Below the pieces are notes generated by a model. That model searched no databases. It saw only the letters and a list, made by a program, of their open reading frames with translations, and was not told the DNA's origin. The translations under genes were made by a program, and so were the position numbers. This document shows, piece by piece, positions 28,700-44,101 of a DNA stretch of 64,000 nucleotides. Each line of letters starts with the position of its first letter. The first letter of the stretch is position 1. This DNA is from the human T2T-CHM13v2.0 reference genome, Homo sapiens: the NCBI RefSeq assembly GCF_009914755.1, contig NC_060944.1; one strand, written 5' to 3'.

Positions 28700-31050
28700 T
28701 CTGGACCTGCCTAACAATTCATAAAGGGCTAACACTACCTGATTTGATGATTTACTGTAAGGCTACAGTAACACAACAGCCTGGTATTGGCATAGGGGTG
28801 GACAAATTGATCGGTGGAAGAAAATAGTATATCCATACTTAAGTGGTCATCTGATTTTTGACAAAGGTGCAAAGGTAATTCAAAGGAGAAAGGGTGGTCT
28901 TTTCAACCAGAGGTACTATAAAACAATTGGATAGTCATACACACAAAAAAAAGCCAAAAAATTTTGATTCATACCTTGCACTATGAACAAAAATTAACTC
29001 AAACTGGCTGGGCATGGTGACTCATGCCTATAATCCCAGCACTTTGGGAGGCTGAGGCAGGAAGAGACCAGTCTGGGCAACATAGTGAGACTTTGTCTCT
29101 ATTACATAAAAATATATATATAAAACCTAAACAATAAAACTTCTAGAAGAAAACAAGAGAAAATCTTTGTGACCTTGGGATAGATTTCTTAGGTGTTACG
29201 CTAGAAGAACAAACTGATATGTTGGACTTCAAAATTTAAAACTGCTGTTCTTTAGTAAACACTGTTAAAAGAATGAGATGACAGATCACAGGCTGGGAGG
29301 AAATGTTTATAAAGCATATATTTGATGAAAGATTTGTATTCAGATTACATAAAGAACTCTCAGAACTCAATAATAGCCTTTCCTTTTGGTGGTGCACAGC
29401 AGCAATATGGTGGTGAAAATTTCTAAGAAGAGGAAGTTTGATAGCATCTTCAGAAATAAACTGAGCGAATTCTTCACTCAGAAGCTTGCAGAAGGTGACT
29501 ACTCTGGAGCTGAGGTCCAAGTTATGCCAACCAGGATAGAAATCACTACCTTAGCCTCCAGGATGCAGAGTGTTCTTGGTGAAAAGAACCACCGGATCTA
29601 TGAATTGGCTGAGATAGTTCAGAAGAGGTTTGGCTTCCTTGAGGGCAGGGAAAGCTTTATGCTGAAAAGGTGGCCTAAAATAATTCTCTATGCCATTGCC
29701 CAGACAGAGTCTGTGCTGTAAACTACTATTAGGGTTTGCTGTGAGGAGAGCCTTCTGTAGTGTGCTGTGGTTCATTATGGAGAGTGGGGCAAGAGCTACG
29801 AGGTCATGGTGTCAGCGAAACTCTAAGGACAGAGAACTGAATTCATGAACTTTTGTGTGTGATCTGATGATCCACAGCAGAGACCTTGTTAACTACTGCA
29901 TTGATACTGCCATCCACCATGTGCTGCTAAGACAGGGTGTGCTGGGCATCAAAGTGAAGCTCATGCGTCCTGGGCCCAAGTGGTAAGATTGGCCTTAAGA
30001 ATCCCCTGCCTGACCACGTGAGCACTGTAGACCCTAAAGATGAGATACTATTCGCCATGCCCATCTCAGGACAGATGGTTAGGAAGCCATGCTCTACCCA
30101 GCCCCAACTGTGTAATAGGGTCTCCTTGGCAGCTGGATCTGGAGTCTGGATGTTGCCTTGTAAAGACCTTTAATAAAATCTTTTAAGACAACAAAACACA
30201 ACAACAAAAGCCCTTAATAATACAACAAACAACCCAATTAAAAATTGGGCAAAAGATTTGAATAGATGTTTTATCAGAGATGATATACAGATGACAAATA
30301 AGCACATGAAAAAAATACTCAATATCATTAATTATTAGGGAAATTCAATTAAAACCATGATGAGATACCACTGCAAATCTATTAGAATGGCTGAAATATA
30401 AAAGACTGGTCATACCAAATGTTGGTGAGGATGTGGAGGAACTATTGACGAGAATGTTAAATGGAGCCACCATTTTGGAAAACAGCTTGGCTGTTCCTTA
30501 AAAAGGTAAGCATACACCTACATATGACCCAATAATTCCACTCCTAGGAGATAAGAGAACATTTATCGATATAAATACCTTGTACATGAATGTTTATAGC
30601 AGCTGTATTTATAATATCCAGAAGCTGGAAACAACCCAATGTCCATTAATAAGTAACTAGATAAATTGTGGTATATCCATGCAGTGGACTACTATTCAGC
30701 AATAGAAATGAATGAACAATTGATACACCCAAAAGTGTAGCTAAGTCTGAAAATAACTATGCTGAGTGAAAGAAACCAGACCAAAAAAAGTACATATTGT
30801 ATGATCTTTATATGACTTTATTTATTTAAACTCTAGAAAATGCAAGCTAATCTATCGTGACAGCAGATCAGCAGTTGCTTAGGGAGAGGGGCAAAGAGGA
30901 GTGGGAGGAAGGATTACAAAGGTGCATGAAGAGATTTGGAGGTGATAGATACATCCGCTGTCGATTGTGGTGATAGTTCACAGGTGCATACTTATGTCAG
31001 AATTGACCAGTTGTATACTTGAAATATTGGGCAATTTATGACAATTATGC
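28700..31050 (+). mobile_element. Old L1M-type ORF2/3'UTR fragment hosting an Alu fragment (~29005-29100) and the RPS3 pseudogene
   Basis: L1 sequence gaactcaataata...caaacaacccaattaaaaattgggcaaaag is split by the pseudogene. Confidence 0.8.
29377..30209 (+). pseudogene. RPS3P2: RPS3 processed pseudogene (probably RPS3P2; number recalled, not verified)
   Basis: 5'TOP-like CCTTTCCTTT; ATG at 29407; ISKKRKF...LAEGDYSGAEV...TRIEI resembles RPS3; intronless; frameshifts; in-frame TAA at 29824; AATAAA at 30172; decayed A tail. Confidence 0.9.
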
Positions 31051-31382
31051 CTCTGAGCAGCTGCACAGAACTTTCTGCAGAGCCTAGTGCATCACTGTGA
31101 GGTTGGGTTAGGGGTTTAAAAATGTGCCCATGTTCTTTCAGTCTCTGGGAATGATGAACAGGTATACCCAATGGGTTTGGGTTTTAGGGCATGAAAAACT
31201 ATGCTAATGAAATACTGTTTGAGCACTTGAAAAATGCCACTATTTTTTGTGGAGTATTACAATACATCTGAAATAATCTGTTCCTGTATATAAATAATAT
31301 AAAAAAGCAAGGCTTCCTGTAGTGTATGACATTGTCAAATAGGTCAAGCTTCAGTGCAAATGCTTTGAAATTGGTACAGTAA

Positions 31383-31655
<273 letters not shown>

Positions 31656-32689
31656 TAGCAAAATGCCTTTTGAAAGAGAATATCTAAATTTAAATACAGT
31701 ATTGCACACTTTAAACTGAAAATACTTGTTAGATTACAGTGGAACACTTGTCCTTTTGGGTACAACTTGAAAACTGTCATTTTGCTTATATTTGGTTGCA
31801 AATTAACTCATAGAGAAATTGTTTAGAAAGATGAGACCTTGGCTAATTTATCTGAGCTATCAAGATTGTTCTTTCTTGAAAGGATGGTAGCCTGGAGATA
31901 GCTAGTAGGCACTTTGGTCACCCTTCACCAAACAAAGAAGGGCAGATGATTGCCAGGCTGCAAACCTAGAGCACAGCTCATCTATAAAGGTTGCTTCTAT
32001 CGAAAAATGTTACTCCATACTCATTTCTTCATTCTCAAGTGGATGCAGATAACTAGTCCATGTTCCCTACCATTGTTCTGTGTAATGTCTTCCTTATAGG
32101 GAAGCAGGTGTTATAAGGAATTCACAGTGCAAATCAAAGGAGAGATCATTGGATATTTATAGAAACCTTTATGTAGTTTAAGGAATAATATTGTTGATTA
32201 AATCTTAGTCATTTTCATTATGGCTTCTGAAGTTGTAATACCAGAAATTACTTAAAAATGTCAATGACAAGATTTCCTTTGGATATTATAATATGTCTTA
32301 AACCATCCCCCTCCTTTGATAGCTAAGTCCAGAGATGGTGTCTGTCTCTCTGTGGTTACACTATCCCAAGCTTAACTGAATTACTATTTAATCTCTTTGA
32401 TTTGTGCTTTTGTGATTTATAGTCTTCAGTAATTTCACAAGAAAGTTGAATTGAATTTATTTATCTAACACTCTAAACACCAAAATTTAGTTCTTTAATG
32501 AGAAATTGGGGGGAGGGGGTGTAAAGTTTATTATATTACTATGAAGTTAATATATATCCATTAAAGAAATTACCAAGAAACTGGAGCCCTTCCACCAAAA
32601 CGCAACCACTGTTAGCATTTGGATGGATTTCCTTGTCTTCTCATGAGAAAGGTGTGTTCTAAAAATTGATCTGCCTTTCCTGCTTTTAG

Positions 32690-32878
<189 letters not shown>

Positions 32879-34260
32879 TAGATGGGGTTAGCAGTGATCC
32901 ATGTTGTTTCATTTCCTTCCTGATTGTTCAGCATTGCGTGATGCAGCCCCTTTAGAATATACTTTTTCTCCAGAAATAAAATGGGAAGAAAATCTCTATT
33001 TTTTTTTTACGTGTTTTGTAGACCAAAAGAAACTAGGAACTTGGGGTTGAGAGTTTGAGTCCTTTTTCTATACCGTTTGATGTTAATTCAAGTAATACTG
33101 TGTTAGAGCTAGACTTACTGTACCCCCTCACTTTGATAGCTAAGTCCAGAGATGGTGTCTGTCTCTCTGTGGTTACACTGTTAGATCTGCTTTCCAGCTC
33201 AGTGGTCTGTATTCTCTGCTATACCATTTATATTACATAGTATAGGTTCATTCAACCAAGATTTATGAACTCTCTTAACAACTGAGAATAGGATCTTAAA
33301 GATAAGTCTGATTTAGTCACCACTACGTCTACCATCTTGTCTGGTAGGGAAGATAAAATATGAACACAAATAGCTATAATATTAGGTGGAAAATAAGTGC
33401 TGCAAAAGAGGTATAAATAAAATGCTGGGGAGTTGAAAGGAGAAAATGAATACTTCCAGATAAGGGGAAGTCAGAGTAACATTTCTTGAGGAAAATGACA
33501 CTGGACCTGACTCTGGGAGGATGGGTCAAGTTTGAGCTGCAAGCCAGAGTACAGGGTGGGTAAAAAGGCACCACGACTGCTGTTTTGAGAATTTTGGTGT
33601 AGTAAAGTGGTAAAGACAGGGAGTTTGGTACCTTGAAAAAGAGTAGCAGAGAAAGTTGAGAGAGTTTTTGTTTGGCTTGTAAGTGAGCATACTGGAAAGA
33701 GGGAAGGAAGGCAGCTTAGCCACATTTGTGGACTGAATGGAACAGTTAGTGGAAATTAGGTGGAACCATAGTACACGTGGAAAGATGGGGCTTATGAAAG
33801 GATATGTGCAGATGAAGGCTCAGAAAATGTAAAAGCAGAAAGGAGGAGTGGCAAGTTAGTGTGGGCTGGGGCATCTTGGTCTTAGTAAAGTAGCAGGCAA
33901 AACCGCTTGAAAATTCGTGTGTAAGTCAGCCCTTACCAAGATCCCAGCATCTTCTGTGAGTTCAGTGGCCTGTTGCTTGCTTGGGACATGCACAGTGAAG
34001 TTGGATTTGTTTCTATTCCTGTGGGCTTAAGTCATTCAGTGAATTTTTAGAAGAATGCTTTCTGTCATTTAGTCCTGCTCACTATGCAAATGCTGGACTT
34101 TCGGTGACTTGATGGAGGTTTGGCTAATAGCTAGAAAATTAAAAAAAAATGTGAATACAGCTACTGAAGCATGTGCTTATGCTGATGATGAATACTAGAA
34201 GTAATATAAGTTCAGAAAGAAGACCATGTGTGGGCCAGGGTACCCTTAAAAGTGTCATAG

Positions 34261-34520
34261 GGCTGGGCGCAGTGGCTGCACTTTGGGAGGCCGAGGCGGG
34301 TGGATCACAGGGTCAAGAGATCGAGACCTCCTGGCCAGCATGGTGAAACCCCACCTCTACTAAAAATACAAAAATTAGCTGAGTGTGATGGTGCACACAT
34401 GTAGTCCCAGCTACTCAGGAGGCTGAGGCAGGAGAATCGCTTGAACCCAGGACACGGAGGTTGCAGTGAGCCGAGATCACACCATCCTGGCAACAGAGTG
34501 AGATTCCATCTCAGAAAAAA
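34261..34520 (+). mobile_element. AluS-type element with small deletions
   Basis: 13-bp TSD AAAAGTGTCATAG at 34248-34260 and 34521-34533. Confidence 0.9.
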
Positions 34521-36107
34521 AAAAGTGTCATAGAACTAAAACTTGATGCATGTCTTAAAGAGTAAGAAGGATATGGAGAGAAAGGAGGGGACATTTCTCA
34601 CTAGAAACTCTTCATTATACAAAAATAAGCTTGCTCCATCCTAGCCTGGATGGGGTGTTCTTTGAGTGCATGGCTAGCAGTGAGGATTGGATATGTGCTC
34701 AGGGTGAGTAGAGTCTTGGGATGCTTCTTCTCAACCTCACCAGTAAGCTACATGGCTCATCTGTTTCGCTTCAGCTGTCTTGTCTCTGCTAGCAGCTTGA
34801 CAAATGGTATCTCCAGTTTTCAGTCTTAACTGTCATCATGAAACGTGTCTCTAACCAGATTTCTCTGTTCTCTCACAATTGCTGCTTTATGTTAGTATCA
34901 TTGCTGTTTGCCAGTTATGCAAACACAGAACTTTGGCTGTTTCTCTGATTTATCTTTCTGTCATTCCCCATGTACATGAGCCAGTGACTGAGTTAAACAG
35001 ACTTTATTTTTGTAAAGTATTTCCTCCATCCCCTCCAACCTGGATAGCATCCTAGTCCAGGCCCTCCTCACTTCTTGCCCAATTGCCCTATTTTCGATCT
35101 CTTAGCCCTTCTTGTTCATTTTGTATTCTATTGCAAAACTCATCATCCTTAAGCACAATTTTGATCCTGCTGCTTGAATGATTGAAAACCTTGAGTAGAT
35201 CTGTTTCCTTCCTTGTTGTCTAAACTCCTCAATCTGGTTTTTAAGGGCACCATCTGATCTTTTCCACCACTGCTTTGCAACTTGTCTGTTTTGCCGTTGT
35301 CAGGCCTGACAGAGCACTGTGGCTATGAACTAGCCATGCTTATACCTGCTTATGCTCTTCCCCTGGGTTTCAGGACCTCTTTTTTCTTCACTTGGCTACA
35401 TCCTCCGCTGTTCAGTGCTTATAGCAAATCTATCTACCTCCATGGGGCCTTTGGTTATTCTGCTTCTGAAGATGACTCTTTTCTGTACTTCCGTGCTCAT
35501 TCTGTCTGACCCTGCTGCACGGCATGGAGTTTTATACTGTCATGATTGTACCTGGTTACATGTGATCCGTGCTAGTGTTGTCTCGCCAGTCTGGGGAGCA
35601 CATTTACCTCTTTGCCAACACAGTGCTGAACACGTAGTAGAAAATTATGGAGTGCAGATTAGCTGGTTAGGTTTTTTTTCCTCTCTGTGTACACTAATAC
35701 AAATTCAGGATTAGGGCTCTTGGAAGTCATTTCAACAGTCCCTTTGCCTGTCACCTTTAAGACATGTGTACCAAGTTATTTAGCCTCTAATTTGGAGATT
35801 TTCTAACCCCCAAGGTTGCCCATTTCATTTTAATTGTTAAAAACTTGATACTTTACATTGAGCTAAAATCTCTCCCACTTCTATGCGTTGGTTCTAATTC
35901 ATACATTTGATCGTTAAATCCTTTTTGTCCAGGCAGTAGCAGTATCCAGAAGCAGTCTTCATGTTCTCTCTGGTTCATTTCTGCTGTTACCTTCAGTTTT
36001 TTTTTTTTTTAAATATTACAAAGATTCAAGTACCTTTATCATCCTGGTTATTCTCAACTGGCATAGATTTGACTATGAGCCTCTTACAGGTGGTTTACAG
36101 AGTATAA

Positions 36108-36416
<309 letters not shown>

Positions 36417-37664
36417 TGAGTACAGTATTCTAGATATGATTTGATGATCTTTAAACTCTATATAATACTACATTTTCATTAAAATGTACTCAGACTGCAT
36501 TGCATTTTTGAGAACTTGATGATTTGCATTAAGTCAACTAAAATCCTTGAGTTTTTTTTCACACGTTTACCTTTCATGTGTTTTTCTCATCCTGACTTGT
36601 TTGGGAGTGTTTGAAAGTAATGCACAGAACTTTACATTTAAACCTGAAATTTCTTCATCTAAGATTTACCTCATTATTTTTAGTCTTTAAGATTCTTTTG
36701 GATCTCAACTCTTTCTATGGTATATTATCTCTGCAGCTCTGCTTTTGGGCAACTGGACATTTAATGAGCATATCCTGTGTGTTCTAAATACCTTGATAAA
36801 AATATTGAACAGATAGACTCGCAAAGCACATCATCAGAGCACTTCCTTCAGGTCCACAGGGATTTTTAAATTTAGCTACAAGTTCATGATATTATATGAA
36901 ATGTTATTTCATATAATATGAAATGGGAATAATAATGGTATATGGGAATAATAGTGGTACCTATTGTTAGGATATTATGTGAATTGTTGTGATATTATGA
37001 TACTATATCACATAATATTATAACAATCCTATCAGATAGGTACCATTATTCCCATTTTATAATGAAGGAACTGTAGCACAGAAAGAAAATATCTTAAAAT
37101 GAAGATTTTATCTTGTGGTTCTAATATCATCTGGCCCTTCATATGCATCTCAATGGGAAGACCAGTATTCTACAGCACCACATTTGTCATCTCAACTCTC
37201 AGCTTGAATGGCCTCTCCTCTTTCACTCTAAGGTTTGAACCTAAAGCTCTCTAACAATGGAGAGCAACATTGCTCAACAGATTATTTTTCTTCCATTTCC
37301 TCTCCTCCTAAAACGAAGACTGTCTCAGAACTTCAGGGACCAGGAGAACTTGGCATTAAGTTCAGGCCTCTAATGGTTTGCAGAAAATAGGAGAAACACC
37401 AGGAGATCAATAATGAGAAAATATGGCTTTTAAACACCAGGAGATCAATAATGAGAAAATATGGCTTTGGTTTTCTAAAATGGGATAGAGACGGTTGTCA
37501 CAAAGCATATGGAATATGAGCTTGCTGTGTTCCATGCAAGATTCTAAGATATCAGATAGGTTGCTGGTAAGGGAGTAGGTCACTAAGATCAAATTATACC
37601 AGCCTAACTGCATTTTCTGTTCCGGATATTGACCAGACTGGAAAGGCAGATTAAATGTCTCTGA

Positions 37665-38096
<432 letters not shown>

Positions 38097-40337
38097 TGAG
38101 CCTTCTCTACTGCTTAATCAGTGTTACCAGTACCATGAAGCTGTTTCCAGGATCAGGGAAGGACAGCCTACAGATTCTAAGTAGGTCAGAAAGATTTCTA
38201 GCTGTGGGACAATAGCACCTGAAAAATAGGGGGGCAAAAAAATAGAATATACATATTACATAGAGTCTTTTAAAGGCTCTTGATGTGCATCTGAACTAGC
38301 TCTGTAGTTTTATAAAAGGTGGTGTTTTAGTGGGTTCCATTGTGTTGTTTATCTTTGTCACTTTTTCTTCCCCCTTGAACTTCGGATCCTGCCCCTCTGC
38401 TCCCCTCCCTCTCACTCCTCATGTTCTGTATCAATTGTTGGTGCTACCTACACAGGCTAGAAACTTGAGGAGTTATCTTTACCTGCCCCTTCCTGTTACT
38501 CACTTATATAATTAGTTTCTAAGTTTCCATCTTCCCAGGGACCCTTGAATTTTTCCTTTCCTCTGTATTTTCCCAATACATCCAAGTGCAGGTCCTTATT
38601 ATTTCTCACCTAGATTATTACAGCTGTTTCCTACCTACTCTGATTCCCTCAACCCCTAAACCCCTTGCCAGTTCTAACATGTGTTTTCCCTACTTTCATC
38701 CTACTTGCTGCCACCATAGTATTCATCTTCAACCACAAATGACCATGCCAGTGCCCTACTGAAAATCCTTCAGTGATTTTCCATTAACACAACATGCACT
38801 GTTTTCCTCCTTTCCCTCCCCCTCAGTTATAAGCCATCTCACAATATGTGATTATCACTGCGACCCAAACTATCCACAAGTACATTTTTTTTTTCTGATG
38901 GTAATTGGCATCAGCCAGTATGTAAAAGAAGCATGTTCTCAGACCCTTATTGCTGGGAAGGGGAAGGAAAGTGAAGGTTACAGAATCTGTGGGTATAAAG
39001 TGACCCATGGAGTCACCTGGTATACAATTCCCTTAGTTATGAGTGAAAAAACTCAGGCTCACAGAGGGTATATGACTTGCCCAGGGTTACTTGGGACTAG
39101 AGCCCAGATTTTCTAAACCCTGTATTGTCCCTTTCTATTATTATTGTCGCACAGTGATAGGATTTGCTCAGTGATTAAAGATTTGCCTTCTTGCCTTTGT
39201 AAAGGTGAAGAGTTCTGTGCCAGTTTTGTTGATTATATGAGTAAGAGCTCATAAATCCATGAAGTGAAAGTGAGACATTTCCCTGCAGTTTGAGATGAAA
39301 AGAATACCATCATAAACTTCTGTTGTGTTGTGGTGAGATGCGGTGACATTAATGTGAAATGGAATGGTGCCTTTTATTATTGTCTAACTTCAGAACTGCT
39401 ACTCCCAAGTCTTTTCTACAGGCATCTCATCCTTCTCTACCCTAGACATGGAGCTTGCTTGGCTTTCTTTCCTAGCCTGTGCCTGTTCATGATTCCTCCA
39501 GCCTCCTACTCCAAGCCATCTGCTGAGGAGTCTGCAAAATCCCAGTGTCCCCTTCAGGCTTCCTGGCCTTTTTCCAGCTTTTTAAAGACTCTCCTACTTT
39601 CATTCCAAATAATTTCATTGCATAGGAAGTGTACCAAAAATACAAGCAATTGGAATTGTATAGATTTACAAGGACATTTTAATAGTTTATTGTAATAATA
39701 AGAAATTATAGAGAAGTTTGAAGGCGTTTGACTCCCATATCTGAGACGGAAGAATAAAAAAAAGGATCTGGGTCACTCGGGAAGTCCATCCTGAGTGTTT
39801 TTTTTAACACCCCCATCATGTCCCTGAACTTCTGCTGAGATGGAACAGTGCCTGCCTGTGGTGGGCAGTGGTACACAAAGGCATGGGCAGATATAACACT
39901 AACACTGCAAACACCCAGTCTGTCTTTCTACACTTAAGTTGTTCCCAACATTGGGAGGTTAAGAGTATTTACTAGGACAGTGTTTCCCACAAATGTGTAC
40001 ATGTACCATTGGAGGTATGTGAGATGATCTTAGTTGATACATTAGTGAACATTATTTTATGTATTTTTAAGCATGTGCTTTAAAATTATATAATTAGTAC
40101 ATGCCAAAATTCATGATTTTCCATTTAGAGATGCACAAGAGTGGTTGATACAAAGTAATAGTACTTACAGTACACGGGTATGGGTACGGCAGAAACCACA
40201 GAAGTGGTACACAAAAGATCAAAGCTTAGGAAACACTGTTGGGCCTTTGATTATGAGAAGCTCTGCAGTTGATAACAAGTTTATTTTAAATGGTTGTTGT
40301 CTGAAATTAAAACTTTTATATACATATTTTATTCTAG

Positions 40338-40444
40338 ATGATTTTTTCCCCTCTGTCACTGTGCTGGTCCGGGGAATGTCTGGAAGACTTGCTTGGGCAC
40401 AACAGCTTTGTCTTTTACCCAGAGGAGCAAAAGCAAATCAGAAG
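40338..40444 (+). CDS. RALGAPB: RALGAPB coding exon (N-DFFPSVTV...GAKANQK)
   Basis: attctag|AT acceptor, AAG|gtattc donor; 107 nt. Confidence 0.96.
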
Positions 40445-40877
40445 GTATTCATCAGAAGTTACAGGGAAGTGTGTGTGTGTTTTGTAATTTAAAGGTTAGG
40501 TAACATTCCAACAGAAGACACAGATCAAATAAATATTTTTGATCCCTAGCCAGATTCTCAGTCAGTGGGTTCATATCAGAATCATCTAGGAACCTAGAAT
40601 TCCAGATGTACTCAATTACTCTTTAAAGACATCTTCAAGGCAGGTGTCTTTTCAAAAAGCTTTCCAGGTGATTCTGACATCTACTTAGGAGTAATTGCTG
40701 TTGTGGACAATGGCCCCAGTTTTTTCCATGTAATTTTACAAATGTAATAAAAGTCAGATATATACCATACGTGAAAAAAATTTGGTGGGACTTTTGATTT
40801 GTCCGCAACAGGACTTAGTTTGAAATTGTTTTATATGATTTGTTCTTATATAATAATTGGTAATATATTGTATAAAT

Positions 40878-41178
40878 TTTATTTTTTTTATAAAGAGTCA
40901 GGGTCTTGTTCTGTTGCCCAGACTGGAGTGCAGTGGTGTAATCATAGCTCACTGCAGCCTCAAGCTCCTGGGCTCCAGTGATCCTCTTGCCTCATCCTCC
41001 TGAGTAGCTGAGACTGTAGGCACATGCCATGGCACCCAGCTCATTTTTAAAATTTTTTGTAGAGATAGGGTCTTGCTTTGTTGCCCAGGCTGATCCCAAA
41101 CTTCTGTCTTCAAGTGATCTTCCCACCTCAGCTTCCCAAAGTGTTAGGATTACAGATGTGAGCTGTCACACCCAGCCT
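40878..41178 (-). mobile_element. AluJ-type element
   Basis: Diverged reverse dimer. Confidence 0.85.
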
Positions 41179-41182
41179 AATT

Positions 41183-41213
<31 letters not shown>

Positions 41214-41250
41214 CACACACACACACATACATATACACACACACACACAT
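41183..41250. repeat. Compound (A)n(AT)n(AC)n microsatellite
   Basis: Seen directly. Confidence 0.9.
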
Positions 41251-41547
41251 ATGTATGCTGTGTATAATTTAATGAAATCTTTTGGGGTGCAGTTTATTTT
41301 ATTACATTTGTAATTATGTGAATAATACTTGAGAAGTTGGAAAAATTCAGATAACGAAGAAATTTTAAATCACCTTTACTCACTATCCAGAGGAATATAA
41401 CCACTGCTAATATTTTATTGGATTTCCTTCCCTTTTTTTCTTTTCATACACAATAACACTTGAATAGAATTTGAGTCATTTTGTATACTGCTCTTTTCAT
41501 TTATAACATTGTAAGCTTTTATTTCTGCTATTAAAAATATAAAATGT

Positions 41548-41961
41548 CCAACAATGATAGACTGGATTAAGAAAATGTGGCACATATACACCATGGAACA
41601 CTATGCAGCCATAAAAAATGATGAGTTCATGTCCTTTGTAGGGACATGGATGAAATTGGAAATCATCATTCTCAGTAAACTATCGCAAGAACAAAAAACC
41701 AAACACCGCATATTCTCACTCATAGGTGGGAATTGAACAGTGGGAACACATGGACACAGGAGGGGGAACATCACACTCTGGGGCCTGTTGTCGGGTAGGG
41801 GGAGTGGGGAGGGATAGCAATGGGAGATATACCTAATGCTAGATGACGAGTTAGTGGGTGCAGCGCACCAGCATGTCACATGTATACATATTTAACTAAC
41901 CTGCACATTATGCACATGTACCCTAAAACTTAAAGTATCATAATAAAAAAATGTGATTAAA
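41548..41961 (+). mobile_element. 5'-truncated L1PA (PA2/PA3-like) 3' end
   Basis: ORF2 C-terminus IDWIKKMWHIYTME...SLIGGN; 3'UTR with GAG (not ACA) diagnostic; A tail; near-perfect TSD AAAAATa/tTAAAATGT. Confidence 0.88.
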
Positions 41962-42717
41962 AAAAATTTAAAATGTGACTTAATATTTCACTAGCATTTG
42001 AGAGACACCACAAAATTGGAGCATGTGCCTAAAATCATTTAATATCTTAGATGTCTCTGTTAGATGTGATGTGTTTATCACCCAGTCCTCCATTTTTTTG
42101 GAGGGGGCAGTACAGAGCACATCCTGTCATCAACTCTGTAAGCCAGTAAGTTAGCATTGAAGACTGAAGAGGAAGGGGACCAGGAAAGGAGCTAAAATTT
42201 GTTTAGGGTTCACCATGTACCCATATACATATTAAAGCATGGATTTGGAGCTGTGAAGACCTAGATTTGGTGCCCATACTCTCAATTAAGCCGTATTAAG
42301 ATTCTTGTTAAAATCACTTTCTAGAGATGCCCAGTGAAGCCAAACTTGTCTTTAATTATATTGAATGATGTGAGAGCCCCTGGGGAAGAGAGTTTGAGTC
42401 TTAAAGCTCCAAAATGCTATACCCATTGGATAACCACTGAATGTGGGAGATTCAGGCCTGCAGCAGTAGAGGTCCACAGCCCATTTGTCAGTCATTAGAT
42501 CTATAAGAAGTCGATGAATATTTTTAGAAAAATAGAGTACACAGGGGCACAGGCTGCTTCCCTTTGCTGTTATCTGTAGCATTTGCAGGTTCTGAGTGAG
42601 TTTTTGTGACATGTAATCCTAGGGAAACACAGGCATCTAAGAGACCAGGGAAATACATGTCATTACAGATGGGTATTGGACCCTGTGTAATAAACATAAT
42701 GTTACTTGTTTTAACAG

Positions 42718-42870
42718 CTTTTTGTACCTGAACCTCGCCCAGTTCCTAAAAATGACGTTGGATTTAAATATTCTGTGAAACATCGGCCATTTCCTGAAGA
42801 GGTGGACAAGATTCCTTTTGTGAAAGCAGATCTCAGCATTCCAGATTTGCATGAAATAGTCACTGAAGAA
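42718..42870 (+). CDS. RALGAPB: RALGAPB coding exon (LFVPEPRP...HEIVTEE)
   Basis: ttaacag|CTT acceptor, GAA|gtaagt donor; 153 nt. Confidence 0.96.
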
Positions 42871-43786
42871 GTAAGTACATTATTTTTAGCTGTTGTCAAG
42901 GGGATGAATAGAAACATTCTTACGACTTCCTTGGTCAAGACAATGCTTTTAGTGTTGTTGGAGATGATTTTTAAGATGACATGGGCCTCCATCATCCAGG
43001 AGGTTGCCATGTTTAAGACGAATATAGATTGTGGCTGATCGAAAGGAACTGCATATCTCTTAGAGGTGTTGCTGGGCTGCCTGGCTGTTCGTGGTAGGTT
43101 TCAGTACTGTAGTGACATGATCAGACTCTGGTAGTAGAGTTATTTGGAAAAGGAAGACCAGTTCAGAGACTATTATGAGAATCTAAGTCTTTATAAGAAA
43201 GGAAGGACTATTTCACTCATATGGAATTTTAATATATAAAATGTATTGTGGAGGTAGATCCAAGCAGTCTTGAATTGGTGAGGGAAGGAAAAGAGCCAAA
43301 GAATTTCAGATTTTGAGCTTGAGTGACAAAGAGATATCAGTGCCATTTACAGAAATGCAGACATTAGGAAGAGGATAGATTTGGGAAGATGGGAAAAATT
43401 TATTTGGCTTTGGATTAATTTAGAGAGTTAATTAAGATAACTGTCTCTTAGGTCAAGGGAGAAGAATTTTAAGAAGTCGGGGACAGAAGTATGTCAGGAC
43501 ATGAGAGAACAGAAGAGCAGGAATGGAGGAAGGGCTACACTCTCCAATGCTGGAGAGACCAGGGAGAAGAAGGAATAGAAAAAGTCCCCTGAATTTTGGC
43601 ATGAAATTTAGGTGACCTTTGAGAACAGGTGTGTACAGTAGGAGGGATAATTCAAAGGGCTGGGGAGTGAATGTATTGAGGGACAGGCAGTGAATAGAAA
43701 CTACACTGTTAACAGTAAAGGCAAGGGTACAGAATGGGTAATATTATAGCTTAAGGAAATGGCCTCGTTAAGGAAAGAAAAGGCTG

Positions 43787-44101
<315 letters not shown>

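Noticed and set aside
29386-29721. 111-aa RPS3-like ORF as a functional retrogene
   Set aside because: Many substitutions, a deletion, frameshifts and a downstream in-frame stop indicate a pseudogene.
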